From the sequence record NC_054925.1: DNA of 64,000 nt; one strand, written 5' to 3'. This DNA is from Escherichia phage vB_EcoM_NBG2. The notes under the pieces are model-generated. The model did no database searches and was not told the DNA's origin. It worked only from the letters and a program-made list of their open reading frames with translations. The position numbers and the translations under genes were made by a program. This document shows positions 42,887 to 53,600 of the stretch, one piece after another (the first letter of the stretch is position 1; every line of letters begins with the position of its first letter).

Positions 42887-43115
42887 ATTGTTCTTCCGTT
42901 AAAACAGTAATATCGTAGTAACAGTCAGAAGAAGTTTTAACTGTAGAAATTTTATTATCAAAATACTCACGAGTCATTTTATGAGTATAATATTTTTTGC
43001 CATAAATGATAATAGGCTGATTTGGTCCTGGAACTTCTAACTCACTTGGATTAGGAAGTGTAAAAAGAACTACACCAGAAGTATCTTTAAATCGTAAAAT
43101 CATATATCCTCGCAA
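42840..43115 (-). CDS. hypothetical protein
   Basis: 91-aa ORF, overlaps the downstream ORF by 47 nt in another frame. Confidence 0.5.
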   Translation of the reverse strand: MRGYMILRFKDTSGVVLFTLPNPSELEVPGPNQPIIIYGKKYYTHKMTREYFDNKISTVKTSSDCYYDITVLTEEQYEHLQPRGPSMPGSE

Positions 43116-43126
43116 TTAAATTAAAA

Positions 43127-43438
43127 TTACACCGCCATCTTTCCTTTAATAGGAGGGTGTGATTCATAGTTGTTAAGAACAAAATTATGCGGCTTTGCGA
43201 ATTGACTCAACCAAAATACCTGCGATTCTGTGTCCCATTCATCAAATTCATCTGGAAATTTTAATTGCAATTCGCATAAATCCATAGGTTCACGACGCAA
43301 AATTTCTTTACATTGTTCTACGTGATTCATATAGATATGAGTATTACCACCGGAAAATATCAAATCTCCCGGAATAAGATTACACATCTTAGCTACAATA
43401 TGAACTAACGTAGCATATGATGCAATGTTGAATGGAAG
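43127..43438 (-). CDS. td: thymidylate synthase, exon 2
   Basis: Encodes [15 protein letters not shown]...PPIKGKMAV, continuing exon 1 across a 1016-nt group I intron. Confidence 0.93.
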   Translation of the reverse strand, partial: LPFNIASYATLVHIVAKMCNLIPGDLIFSGGNTHIYMNHVEQCKEILRREPMDLCELQLKFPDEFDEWDTESQVFWLSQFAKPHNFVLNNYESHPPIKGKMAV

Positions 43439-44454
43439 CATTATGTTCAGATAAGGTCGTTAATCTTACCCCGGAATTATATCCAGCTGCATGTCACCAT
43501 GCAGATCAGACTATATCTCCAACTTGTTAAAGCAAGTTGTCTATCGTTTCGAGTCACTTGACCCTACTCCCCAAAGGGATAGTCGTTAGGCATTTATGTA
43601 GAACCAATTCCATTTATCAGATTTTACACGATAAGTAACTAATCCAGACGAAATTTTAAAATGTCTAGCTGCATCTGCTGCACAATCAAAAATAACCCCA
43701 TCACATGAAATCTTTTTAATATTACTAGGCTTTTTACCTTTCATCTTTTCTGATATTTTAGATTTAGTTATGTCTGAATGCTTATGATTAAAGAATGAAT
43801 TATTTTCACCTGAACGATTTCTGCATTTACTACAAGTATAAGCAGAAGTTTGTATGCGAACACCGCACTTACAAAACTTATGGGTTTCTGGATTCCAACG
43901 CCCGTTTTTACTTCCGGGTTTACTGTAAAGAGCTTTCCGACCATCAGGTCCAAGTTTAAGCATCTTAGCTTTAACAGTTTCAGAACGTTTCTTAATAATT
44001 TCTTCTTTTAATGGATGCGTAGAACATGTATCACCAAACGTTGCATCAGCAATATTGTATCCATTAATTTTAGAATTAAGCTCTTTAATCCAAAAATTTT
44101 CTCGTTCAATAATCAAATCTTTCTCATATGGAATTTCTTCCAAAATAGAACATTCAAACACATTACCATGTTTGTTAAAAGACCTCTGAAGTTTTATAGA
44201 AGAATGGCATCCTTTTTCTAAATCTTTAAAATGCCTCTTCCATCTCTTTTCAAAATCTTTAGCACTTCCTACATATACTTTATTGTTTAAAGTATTTTTA
44301 ATCTGATAAATTCCGCTTTTCATAAATACCTCTTTAAATATAGAAGTATTTATTAAAGGGCAGTCCTACAATTTAGCACGGGATTGTCTACTAGAGAGGT
44401 TCCCCGTTTAGATAGATTACAAGTATAAGTCACCTTATACTCAGGCCTCAATTA
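43439..44454 (-). mobile_element. td group I intron (1016 nt) carrying the I-TevI gene
   Basis: 5' splice site after ...TTGGGT with in-frame TAA at intron start; intron begins UAAUUGAGGCCUGAGUAUAAGGUGACUUAUACUUG; ends ...CAUAAUG before exon 2. Confidence 0.93.
43586..44323 (-). CDS. I-TevI: intron-encoded GIY-YIG homing endonuclease I-TevI
   Basis: 245 aa; GIY-YIG module (GIYQIKNTLNNKVYVGSA) plus zinc finger and DNA-binding C-terminus. Confidence 0.95.
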   Translation of the reverse strand: MKSGIYQIKNTLNNKVYVGSAKDFEKRWKRHFKDLEKGCHSSIKLQRSFNKHGNVFECSILEEIPYEKDLIIERENFWIKELNSKINGYNIADATFGDTCSTHPLKEEIIKKRSETVKAKMLKLGPDGRKALYSKPGSKNGRWNPETHKFCKCGVRIQTSAYTCSKCRNRSGENNSFFNHKHSDITKSKISEKMKGKKPSNIKKISCDGVIFDCAADAARHFKISSGLVTYRVKSDKWNWFYINA

Positions 44455-45003
44455 ACCCAAGAAAACATCTACTGATCGTTGATACCACTGCAAATCCAAA
44501 TAGCCATTACGCACATTAAATTGATAGAACATATGACAAGGCGGTAATGCCATATATTTAAGTTCAGCTGGATTCCATGCAGAAACAATTTGACGCCTAT
44601 CATTTGGCAGTTTTTTAATACGATCAATAACTTCTATAATTTGGTCTACACCGCCAAAATCACGCCACTGTTTTCCATAAATTGGACCAAGTTCACCGCT
44701 ATGGTATCCTAAATCTTTTGCTTGATTTTCGTAATTTTCATCCCAGACTGTTTTGCCTTGAATTAATGAATCATGCTGAATTAATCGTAAATCATTTACG
44801 TTAGTGCTTCCTGATAAAAACCAAAGCAGCTCAGCAATGCAAGCTTTCCAGGCGAGCTTCTTAGTTGTTACTGCAGGAAAACCTTTAGTTAAATCCCAGC
44901 GTAATTTAGTACCGAACAAAGCAATTGTTCCTGTGCCTGTTCGGTCATCGGTTTCGTAGCCATTTTCAAAAATGTCTTTAATTAAATCTTGGTATTGTTT
45001 CAT
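44455..45003 (-). CDS. td: thymidylate synthase, exon 1
   Basis: 183 codons, TS active-site region (…LPPCHMFYQF…). Confidence 0.95.
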
Positions 45004-45048
45004 TTAGTACCTTATATAAATTATAATACATTTTATGAAGCTAAATAA

Positions 45049-45408
45049 TCAATACGGTTTAGCATCAAATTTTCTCTCAATTTCAGGTGTGAAATATAAT
45101 TCTTTACCACGTTTGGAAAAGCGACCAATAATATGATAATTATTCTCATCAAACGTGATATTACCAATATCCATAGCTTTCAACCAAATATCGATATTTC
45201 TATCCAGCTTTATGTCAAAATTCCAATACGGAGAACTATTACCAAAAATACTACAAGCGGATTCAGTGAAACAACTGCTATAAATCTTGTCTTTAGGAAC
45301 TACTAATTGATAGACACCTTTAATAAACTGAGGACCTTGCCACTTTGGCTGTTTCGCGTCTTCTTCTAATAGAATAGGGTAATAATTAAAATTCATATTT
45401 TCCGCCAC
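45049..45408 (-). CDS. hypothetical protein located between frd and td
   Basis: 119-aa ORF; in T4 frd and td are recalled as directly adjacent. Confidence 0.55.
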   Translation of the reverse strand: MAENMNFNYYPILLEEDAKQPKWQGPQFIKGVYQLVVPKDKIYSSCFTESACSIFGNSSPYWNFDIKLDRNIDIWLKAMDIGNITFDENNYHIIGRFSKRGKELYFTPEIERKFDAKPY

Positions 45409-45416
45409 GCGTTATT

Positions 45417-46243
<827 letters not shown>

Positions 46244-46253
46244 ATTATTTTCC

Positions 46254-46496
46254 TTAAACAGACTTTTTCACAATTTTCCAATCAGCTTTAAACTGCTCGA
46301 CGTCAGAATGGTAAATCCAGAATCCTGCGCTTTCTCCGTCTTCATAAAGAGGACATCCATCGCATTCATCTTCCCATCCCATGTCACGTAAAAGATGTTC
46401 AGCTTTTTCAACAAGTTCAGAATCTTTACCGATGATATTAAAATACCATTTACCTCTAACTTCTGAATCTTTGATGCTCTGGCGTTGTAATCTCAT
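46254..46496 (-). CDS. hypothetical protein (frd.2-like)
   Basis: 80-aa ORF downstream of a promoter cassette. Confidence 0.5.
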   Translation of the reverse strand: MRLQRQSIKDSEVRGKWYFNIIGKDSELVEKAEHLLRDMGWEDECDGCPLYEDGESAGFWIYHSDVEQFKADWKIVKKSV

Positions 46497-46515
46497 TTTA
46501 TTCTCCTTAGTTGAT

Positions 46516-46551
46516 AGGGTAATAGTATCACACTACTACCCTGTTGTAAAC
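46516..46551 (-). promoter_or_regulatory. early promoter with stem-loop (PeSL-like)
   Basis: Minus GTTTAC, 18 nt, TACTAT; 11-bp inverted repeat AGGGTAATAGT/ACTACTACCCT (one mismatch) with 5-nt loop. Confidence 0.6.
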
Positions 46552-46937
46552 TACTTTTTGAAAGTTTTTCGCAAAAGTTCAATGATTTCATCTACATTAT
46601 TTTCGTCAACAATGCAGTGAATTTTTGTTACGCCATAAACCTTGTCTTTGACTTCATCTTCTTCAAAAGTTGGTTCTTTATACTCGCGAAAACAATAAAA
46701 CTCTTCTTCACTAAGTTCAAAATAATCATCACCCATACCATCATCATTATAGATTTCACCATTGGCGCAAATGATTTCGGTTACATAATCAAATCCATCT
46801 AAACTTGATATTGATTTAACTTCAAACCAACCGCCATTTTCTTGAATGATGCCGACCATACTAGCATTTGATGAACTAATATCAATGAAAGATTTAATAC
46901 GGTGTGGATTTAACTCATATTTTTTGCCGATTTCCAT
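46551..46937 (-). CDS. hypothetical protein (frd.3-like)
   Basis: 128-aa ORF. Confidence 0.55.
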   Translation of the reverse strand: MEIGKKYELNPHRIKSFIDISSSNASMVGIIQENGGWFEVKSISSLDGFDYVTEIICANGEIYNDDGMGDDYFELSEEEFYCFREYKEPTFEEDEVKDKVYGVTKIHCIVDENNVDEIIELLRKTFKK

Positions 46938-46959
46938 TTTTGATTTTCCTCATTTTAAT

Positions 46960-46977
46960 AGGGGCTTGATAGCCCCT
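46960..46977 (-). terminator. terminator-like hairpin
   Basis: AGGGGCU-loop-AGCCCCU followed by a moderately U-rich tail on the minus transcript. Confidence 0.45.
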
Positions 46978-46983
46978 TGATAA

Positions 46984-47211
46984 TTATTGTTCAATCAATC
47001 CCATGTAAAATTCTGCGTCTTCAGAATCCATGCCATCACAATATTCATTAGCCATAAAGAGGGTGAGGTCTTCAAGAGGACCTTTAATAACGATTTGAAT
47101 ACTCCAAAACTTAGAATCTTGCACGCTTGTGATACTAAGTTCAGGATAACGATTACGAATAGTCTCTTCAATATATTCAAAATCAACGATGTCAATATCA
47201 ACTTTAGCCAT
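46984..47211 (-). CDS. hypothetical protein, start trimmed to ATG
   Basis: 75 aa from ATG with AAGAGGAAA Shine-Dalgarno; ORF-track TTG start at 47274 discarded. Confidence 0.5.
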   Translation of the reverse strand: MAKVDIDIVDFEYIEETIRNRYPELSITSVQDSKFWSIQIVIKGPLEDLTLFMANEYCDGMDSEDAEFYMGLIEQ

Positions 47212-47254
47212 ATTATTTTCCTCTTTAATCATCAGCAGTATTGCCGATAGTTGT

Positions 47255-47284
47255 ATAGTACCATGGAAGGACAAGGATGTAAAC
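47255..47284 (-). promoter_or_regulatory. early promoter (GTTTAC -35 type)
   Basis: Minus GTTTAC, 18 nt, TACTAT upstream of ORF 46984..47211. Confidence 0.5.
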
Positions 47285-47295
47285 GGCTTTGTGAA

Positions 47296-47334
47296 AAAAT
47301 TTTTGAAATAAAAAAGGGGACCTCTAGGGTCCCC
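47296..47334 (-). terminator. rho-independent terminator after gene 32
   Basis: GGGGACC-loop-GGUCCCC hairpin followed by UUUUUUAUUUC on the minus transcript. Confidence 0.8.
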
Positions 47335-47356
47335 AATTAATTAGTAATATAATCTG

Positions 47357-48265
47357 TTAAAGGTCATTCAAAAGGTCATCCAGGTCCGTGTCATCAGCAC
47401 TAGATGAACTGCCAGAGCTTGAGCTCATAAAATCATCTTCAGTTTTTGTTTTGAAGTCATCAACATTGAATGCATCCAAATCATCAGCAACTTTATCAGC
47501 TTTCTTAGCGGCAGTTGCTGCGGCACCACCCATAGCAGCAGTTCCCATAACTTGACTGAACTTAGTGCTCAGTTCTTCAAACGATTTGAATTTATCTTTA
47601 GAAGTCATTTCAGAAAGGTCAACCATTTGTTCGAACAGTTCTTTCTGGAAAGATTCATCGTCAATGTTTGGAATCGCAGATTGATTCAGGAATTTAGATT
47701 CATCGTAGTTACTAAAACCAGAAACTTGTTTAACTTTCAGTACAAAGTTAGCACCTTCCCACGGACAAGTTACATCAACCGGAGTTTCACCCATTTCAAC
47801 ATCAACCGCAATCATTGCATTGATTTTATCCCAGATTTTCTTACCGAAACGGTATTTAAATACTTTACCTTCGTTTTCTGGAGCAGCTGGGTCTTTTACA
47901 ACAAGAATGTTAGCCCAGTAAGAAGTTTTACGTTTAACAAGACTGTACTCTTTATTGTCAGTGTTGTACAGATCATTTTTACTGATGTACTGACATACTG
48001 GGCAAGAATCGTAATCACCGTGGGTAGATGAACAGTTTTCAATATACCATTTACCATTTTTCTTGAAACCGTGATTTACAAGAATTGCGAATGGTGCCTG
48101 TTCATCATTTTTAGACGGAAGAAAACGAATTACTGCTTGACCGTTACCCGCATTGTCGAGTTTCAGTTTCCACTCGCCTTTATCTTCAGAAGAAAAACCA
48201 CCTTTATTTCCAGCCAGTTTAGCCATTTGTGCAGCGAGTTCAGCAGTAGATTTACGTTTAAACAT
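47357..48265 (-). CDS. 32: single-stranded DNA-binding protein gp32
   Basis: 302 aa; sequence recognised as T4 gp32 incl. acidic C-terminal tail. Confidence 0.97.
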   Translation of the reverse strand: MFKRKSTAELAAQMAKLAGNKGGFSSEDKGEWKLKLDNAGNGQAVIRFLPSKNDEQAPFAILVNHGFKKNGKWYIENCSSTHGDYDSCPVCQYISKNDLYNTDNKEYSLVKRKTSYWANILVVKDPAAPENEGKVFKYRFGKKIWDKINAMIAVDVEMGETPVDVTCPWEGANFVLKVKQVSGFSNYDESKFLNQSAIPNIDDESFQKELFEQMVDLSEMTSKDKFKSFEELSTKFSQVMGTAAMGGAAATAAKKADKVADDLDAFNVDDFKTKTEDDFMSSSSGSSSSADDTDLDDLLNDL

Positions 48266-48340
48266 TTTTATTTCCTTTTTAATTTAATTAACAGTTGGTG
48301 CTATGACGATGTATGACCTCATAGCTGGTCAGTGAGATAA
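48266..48340 (-). promoter_or_regulatory. gene 32 mRNA leader: translational operator (pseudoknot plus A/U-rich gp32 binding region)
   Basis: Leader ...GCUAUGAGGUCAUACAUCGUCAUAGCAC...UUAAUUAAAUUAAAAAGGAAAUAAAAAUG matches the T4 gene 32 autoregulatory element as recalled. Confidence 0.7.
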
Positions 48341-48348
48341 TTATAATC

Positions 48349-48356
48349 TATTTATA
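48349..48356 (-). promoter_or_regulatory. late promoter (TATAAATA, minus) for gene 32
   Basis: Plus tatttata about 84 nt upstream of the gene 32 ATG, consistent with a long structured leader. Confidence 0.55.
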
Positions 48357-48364
48357 ATAAGCAA

Positions 48365-49018
48365 TTAATACTTACAAGATTTCACAGTTTCAATGAAAAC
48401 ATTTTTAGCTTTCTGTGAATCAATATTTAAAATTTTTCTATAAGCCTTTAACTTTATAGAATAATTATTCCAGACTAAATTATCAGTCTGTTCATCATGT
48501 TTATCAATTATATTTAAAAACGAATCAAGCAAGATAAACGTCTCAAACGAAATTATATTCGATTGAAGTAGTTTAAAAATATAACTTGATTGAACTTTTG
48601 GATTATATTCAAAAATTTCTTTAAAAGCAGAAACTTCAACTTTTTTACTAAAATAATAAATGTTGCGAATATCTTCTTCAAACTTAAACTTAATTTGCTT
48701 TAAGCGTCCGATATATTCACGATAAAACACAAGTGCATCAGCGTCAGAGATGTCACCAATCCAAGCATCTTGGTTAGCAACCAGATTGCTTATAAAAATT
48801 AAAGCAAGTTCCTTTAATTTATATTTTTCTGATAGCTTTTGGAAAAAATACTTATCCCTTCGCTTTTGATAAGCGGCATCAGACACCCGCATGCACCAAT
48901 TATACTTAATAACATCATACTTTCCATTCATATGTTGTTTTATCATTAAGTATAATTTATAAACTGATTTACCATCAATGTATCTTTCACCACCAGCAGG
49001 CATGCGGAGTTTAATCAT
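48365..49018 (-). CDS. 59: helicase loader gp59
   Basis: 217 aa; sequence recognised. Confidence 0.95.
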   Translation of the reverse strand: MIKLRMPAGGERYIDGKSVYKLYLMIKQHMNGKYDVIKYNWCMRVSDAAYQKRRDKYFFQKLSEKYKLKELALIFISNLVANQDAWIGDISDADALVFYREYIGRLKQIKFKFEEDIRNIYYFSKKVEVSAFKEIFEYNPKVQSSYIFKLLQSNIISFETFILLDSFLNIIDKHDEQTDNLVWNNYSIKLKAYRKILNIDSQKAKNVFIETVKSCKY

Positions 49019-49353
49019 AGTAGAAAATCTAATGTATTAGTTTTTTCACAACGAACAACAGAAGGACGTAAAAGATTTTCGTCGATAGCTTCTGATTGAA
49101 TTTTTTCAATTATACCAGAAGGAATAAATTTAGCAAATTGAGTTTCAGGAATAGAGTTTTCTTCCAAGAATGCTGTCGTAGCTTCAAGATAACTCATTCC
49201 AAACTCTTCTACCATTTTTTCAATAATAAATCCATTTTCTTGACGATCAAGAAGCTTTGCTATTTCATCCTTTTCTTTCTTGATTGAAAGTTCTTTTTCT
49301 GAAAGACCGGTCTCATCGACCGGACGAATATCATTTAGAGAAAACTGTGTCAT
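49015..49353 (-). CDS. 33: late transcription co-activator gp33
   Basis: 112 aa from ATG (MTQFSLNDIRPVDETG...); ORF-track extension discarded. Confidence 0.9.
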   Translation of the reverse strand: MTQFSLNDIRPVDETGLSEKELSIKKEKDEIAKLLDRQENGFIIEKMVEEFGMSYLEATTAFLEENSIPETQFAKFIPSGIIEKIQSEAIDENLLRPSVVRCEKTNTLDFLL

Positions 49354-49600
49354 AAAGTTCAACTACCTCTTCAGTTTCAGCTTCAAACACATCACGATTA
49401 TCTTTATGATACAAAGCTAATAGACGATTAAACATCTTACCATCAACGCCAAGTTCATCTTTGGCACGAATTCGAATATCTTTAATCAGTTCATTATAAC
49501 CGGAAATTTTCAGTTTATGATCAGATGCTTCTTTAATAAATTTAGCCAAGTCTTCGCCATGGATAGCTTCATCAAATTCAACCATTTCTTTTTTAGCCAT
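49331..49600 (-). CDS. dsbA: double-stranded DNA-binding protein DsbA
   Basis: 89 aa; sequence recognised; 23-nt overlap with the gene 33 start. Confidence 0.9.
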   Translation of the reverse strand: MAKKEMVEFDEAIHGEDLAKFIKEASDHKLKISGYNELIKDIRIRAKDELGVDGKMFNRLLALYHKDNRDVFEAETEEVVELYDTVFSK

Positions 49601-49608
49601 TATTCACC

Positions 49609-50526
49609 TCAAAATTCATTAATGCTATTAGTTAATTTAGAAAGACCCGCTTTTACAAAATATGAATAAATTTTGCCACGCGGTGGTAATTTGTATGAAT
49701 TATAGTAATTCACAATGTTTGAAGCAATATTATCAGGAATATAATCAAAATCAATTAGAACTAAATTTTCTTTATAACGATTATATTCAGATTCTGTGAG
49801 AAGCACCTTAGCTTGCTCACGGTCATTAGCAATAGCTTCAACGATTGAAGTTTTCATTGAAGGAGTTCGTTCACCTTCAACTCTGGTAAACCAAAAGTCA
49901 GATCGTACTTTAACTGAAGCAACGTTATCCTTTTTGTCGCCTTTAAGGATTTTAGTCATACAGTCAATTTCAGCAGAACCGCTTTTAATTTTAACCCATT
50001 TCTTATGCATCGGTGACCATTGCTTAACATTTGGATATTTGTGAAGTTGAGTAAAGTCACCATCCGATGAAATGATCAAAATCTTATGTCCTTCTAAAGA
50101 GAACTTTTTAACAAGAACAGCAATATGGTCATCTGCTTCATACTTATCAATATCCATAACGATGTATGGCATATAAGCTTTTAATTCATCTATAACTTTA
50201 TGACTGGATTCAAAATAACCTTCCCAGTCCCAAGTAGATTCTTCTCGTGCTTTTCCACGGTTTTTCTTGTAATAATACGCGAAATCACGACGCCAATATC
50301 CAGATTTCGCGTTATCAATACACAGTACAATTTTAGTGTATCCGAGCGTTTTTGCTTTTTTGACATTAAACTTAATTGAGTTCAATATCAAATGACGAAC
50401 CATTGATAAATTAATTTTTTCTTTATCTGGGAAGTTTACCAAAGCAGTTGAAAGCGCAATTTGACTAAAGTCAATTAAGCAGATTCCTTCTTTGTAATCT
50501 TCATCCAGCATCATTTCTAAATCCAT
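49609..50526 (-). CDS. rnh: RNase H (5'-3' exonuclease, FEN family)
   Basis: 305 aa from ATG (MDLEMMLDEDYKEG...); ORF-track TTG extension discarded. Confidence 0.95.
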   Translation of the reverse strand: MDLEMMLDEDYKEGICLIDFSQIALSTALVNFPDKEKINLSMVRHLILNSIKFNVKKAKTLGYTKIVLCIDNAKSGYWRRDFAYYYKKNRGKAREESTWDWEGYFESSHKVIDELKAYMPYIVMDIDKYEADDHIAVLVKKFSLEGHKILIISSDGDFTQLHKYPNVKQWSPMHKKWVKIKSGSAEIDCMTKILKGDKKDNVASVKVRSDFWFTRVEGERTPSMKTSIVEAIANDREQAKVLLTESEYNRYKENLVLIDFDYIPDNIASNIVNYYNSYKLPPRGKIYSYFVKAGLSKLTNSINEF

Positions 50527-50547
50527 ATGAACCTCGTTCAATTAGTG

Positions 50548-50585
50548 AGATTTCTATTATATACCATCCAAATCTTAAAGTAAAC
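50548..50585 (-). promoter_or_regulatory. early promoter with stem-loop (PeSL-like) for rnh
   Basis: Minus GTTTAC, 18 nt, TATAAT; 6-bp inverted repeat AGATTT/AAATCT flanking the -10. Confidence 0.6.
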
Positions 50586-50588
50586 AAG

Positions 50589-50596
50589 TATAAATA
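50589..50596 (+). promoter_or_regulatory. late promoter (TATAAATA) for gene 34
   Basis: Exact TATAAATA 35 nt upstream of the gene 34 ATG. Confidence 0.7.
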
Positions 50597-50630
50597 CTTA
50601 TTATTGAAAACACAATAGGAGCCCGGGAGA

Positions 50631-53600
50631 ATGGCCGAGATTAAAAGAAAGTTCAGAGCAGAAGATGGTCTGGACGCAGGTGGTGATAAAATAATCAACG
50701 TAGCTTTAGCTGATCGTACCGTAGGAACTGACGGTGTTAACGTTGATTACTTAATTCAAGAAAACACAGTTCAACAATATGATCCAACTCGTGGATATTT
50801 AAAAGATTTTGTAATCATTTATGATAACCGCTTTTGGGCTGCTATAAATGATATTCCAAAACCAGCAGGAGCTTTTAATAGCGTACGCTGGAGAGCATTA
50901 CGTACTGATGCAAACTGGACAACTGTTTCATCAGGACCTTATCAATTAAAATCGGGCGAATCAATTTCAGTTGATACTGCAGCTGGTAATGACATTACAT
51001 TTACTTTACCATCTTCTCCAATTGACGGTGATACTATCGTTCTCCAAGATATTGGAGGAAAACCTGGAGTTAATCAAGTTTTAATTACAGCTCCGGTACA
51101 AAGCATTGTAAATTTTAGAGGTCAGCAAGTACGTTCAGTACTAATGACTCATCCAAAATCACAGATAGTTTTAATTTTTAGTAATCGTCTGTGGCAAATG
51201 TATGTTGCTGATTATAGCAGAGAAGCTGCAATTGTAACACCGGCAAGTCTTTATCAGGCGCAATCTAACGATTTTATCGTGCGTAGATTTACTTCCGCTG
51301 CGCCGATTAATATTAAACTTCCAAGATTTGCTAATCATGGCGATATTATTAATTTCGTTGATTTAGATAAATTAAATCCTCTTTATCACACAATTGTTAC
51401 TACATATGATGAAACAACTTCAGTACAAGAAGTTGGAACTCATTCCATTGAAGGTCGTACATCGATTGACGGTTTCTTGATGTTTGATGATAATGAGAAA
51501 TTGTGGAGATTGTTTGACGGGGATAGTAAAGCACGTTTACGCATTATAACGACTAATTCTAATATTCGTCCAAATGAAGAAGTTATGGTATTTGGTGCGA
51601 ATAATGGAACAACCCAAACAATTGAACTTCAGCTTCCGACTGATATTTCTGTTGGTGATACTGTCAAAATTTCCATGAATTACATGAGAAAAGGACAAAC
51701 AGTTAAAATCAAAGCTGCCGGTGAAGATAAAATTGCTTCTTCAGTTCAATTGCTGCAATTCCCAAAACGCTCAGAATATCCGCCTGAAGCTGAATGGGTT
51801 ACAGTCCAAGAATTAGTTTTTAATGGTGAAACTAATTATGTTCCGGTTTTACAACTTGCTTATATAGAAGATTCTGACGGAAAATACTGGGTAGTACAGC
51901 AAAACGTTCCAACTGTAGAAAGAGTAGATTCTTTAAATGATTCTACTAGAGCAAGATTAGGCGTAATTGCTTTAGCTACACAAGCTCAAGCTAACGTCGA
52001 TTTAGAAAATTCTCCACAAAAAGAATTAGCAATTACTCCAGAAACGTTAGCTAATCGTACTGCTACAGAAACTCGTAGAGGTATCGCAAGAATAGCAACT
52101 ACTGCTCAAGTTAACCAGGATACTACATTCTCTTTTGCTGATGATATTATCATCACTCCTAAAAAGCTGAATGAAAGAACAGCTACTGAAACTCGCAGAG
52201 GTGTTGCTGAAATTGCTACACAGCAAGAAACTAATGCAGGAACCGATGATACTACAATCATCACTCCTAAAAAGCTTCAAGCTCGCCAAGGTTCTGAATC
52301 ATTATCTGGTATTGTAACTTTTGTATCTACTGCAGGAGCTACTCCAGCTTCTAGCCGTGAATTAAATGGTACGAATGTTTATAATAAAAACACTAATAAT
52401 TTAGTTGTTTCACCTAAAGCTTTGGATCAGTATAAAGCTACTCCAACACAACAAGGTGCGGTAATTTTAGCAGTTGAAAGTGAAGTAATTGCTGGACAAA
52501 GTCAGGAAGGATGGGCAAATGCGGTTGTAACGCCAGAAACGTTACATAAAAAGACATCAACTGATGGAAGAATTGGTTTAATTGAAATTGCTACGCAAAG
52601 TGAAGTTAATACAGGAACTGATTATACTCGTGCAGTCACTCCTAAAACTTTAAATGACCGTAGAGCAACTGAAAGTTTAAGCGGTATAGCTGAAATTGCT
52701 ACGCAGGTTGAATTCGACGCAGGCGTCGACGATACTCGTATCTCTACACCATTAAAAATTAAAACCAGATTTAATAGTACTGATCGTACTTCTGTTGTTG
52801 CTCTATCTGGATTAGTTGAATCAGGAACTCTCTGGGACCATTATACCCTTAATATTCTTGAAGCAAATGAGACACAGCGTGGTACACTTCGTGTAGCTAC
52901 ACAAGTCGAAGCTGCTGCAGGAACATTAGATAATGTTTTAATAACTCCTAAAAAGCTTTTAGGTACTAAATCTACTGAAGCACAAGAAGGTGTTATTAAA
53001 GTTGCAACTCAGTCTGAAACTGTGACTGGAACATCAGCAAATACTGCTGTATCTCCAAAAAATTTAAAATGGATTGTGCAGAGTGAACCTACCTGGGCAG
53101 CTACTACTGCGATAAGGGGATTTGTTAAAACTTCATCTGGTTCAATTACGTTCGTTGGTAATGATACAGTTGGTTCAACACAGTCATTAGAATTGTACGA
53201 GAAAAATAGTTATGCAGTATCGCCATACGAATTAAACCGTGTATTAGCAAATTATTTGCCGTTAAAAGCAAAAGCTGTAGATAGTAATTTACTGGATGGT
53301 CTAGATTCATCTCAGTTCATTCGTAGGGATATTGCACAAACGGTTAATGGTTCACTAACCTTAACCCAACAAACGAATCTGAGTGCCCCTCTTGTATCAT
53401 CTAGTACTGCTACGTTCGGTGGATCAGTTTCAGCAAATAGTACACTAACCATTTCTAATACTGGAACAGCAACTCGTCTGATTTTTGAGAAAGGACCTCA
53501 AACTGGAACGAACCCGGCTCAAACGATGACAGTCAAAGTGTGGGGAAATCAATTTAGTGGTGAATCAGACACAACGCGTTCTACTGTATTTGAAGTTAGT

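Noticed and set aside
45004-45048. Middle-promoter-like AGCTTCA-N10-TATAAT upstream of td
   Set aside because: MotA box deviates from TGCTT and spacing is short; possible but unsupported.
52050-53050. Repeated motif (...ETRRG.A.IAT...TPKKL...) within gene 34, considered as a CRISPR-like or novel repeat array
   Set aside because: In-frame protein repeats typical of fibre shafts, imperfect and of varying spacing.
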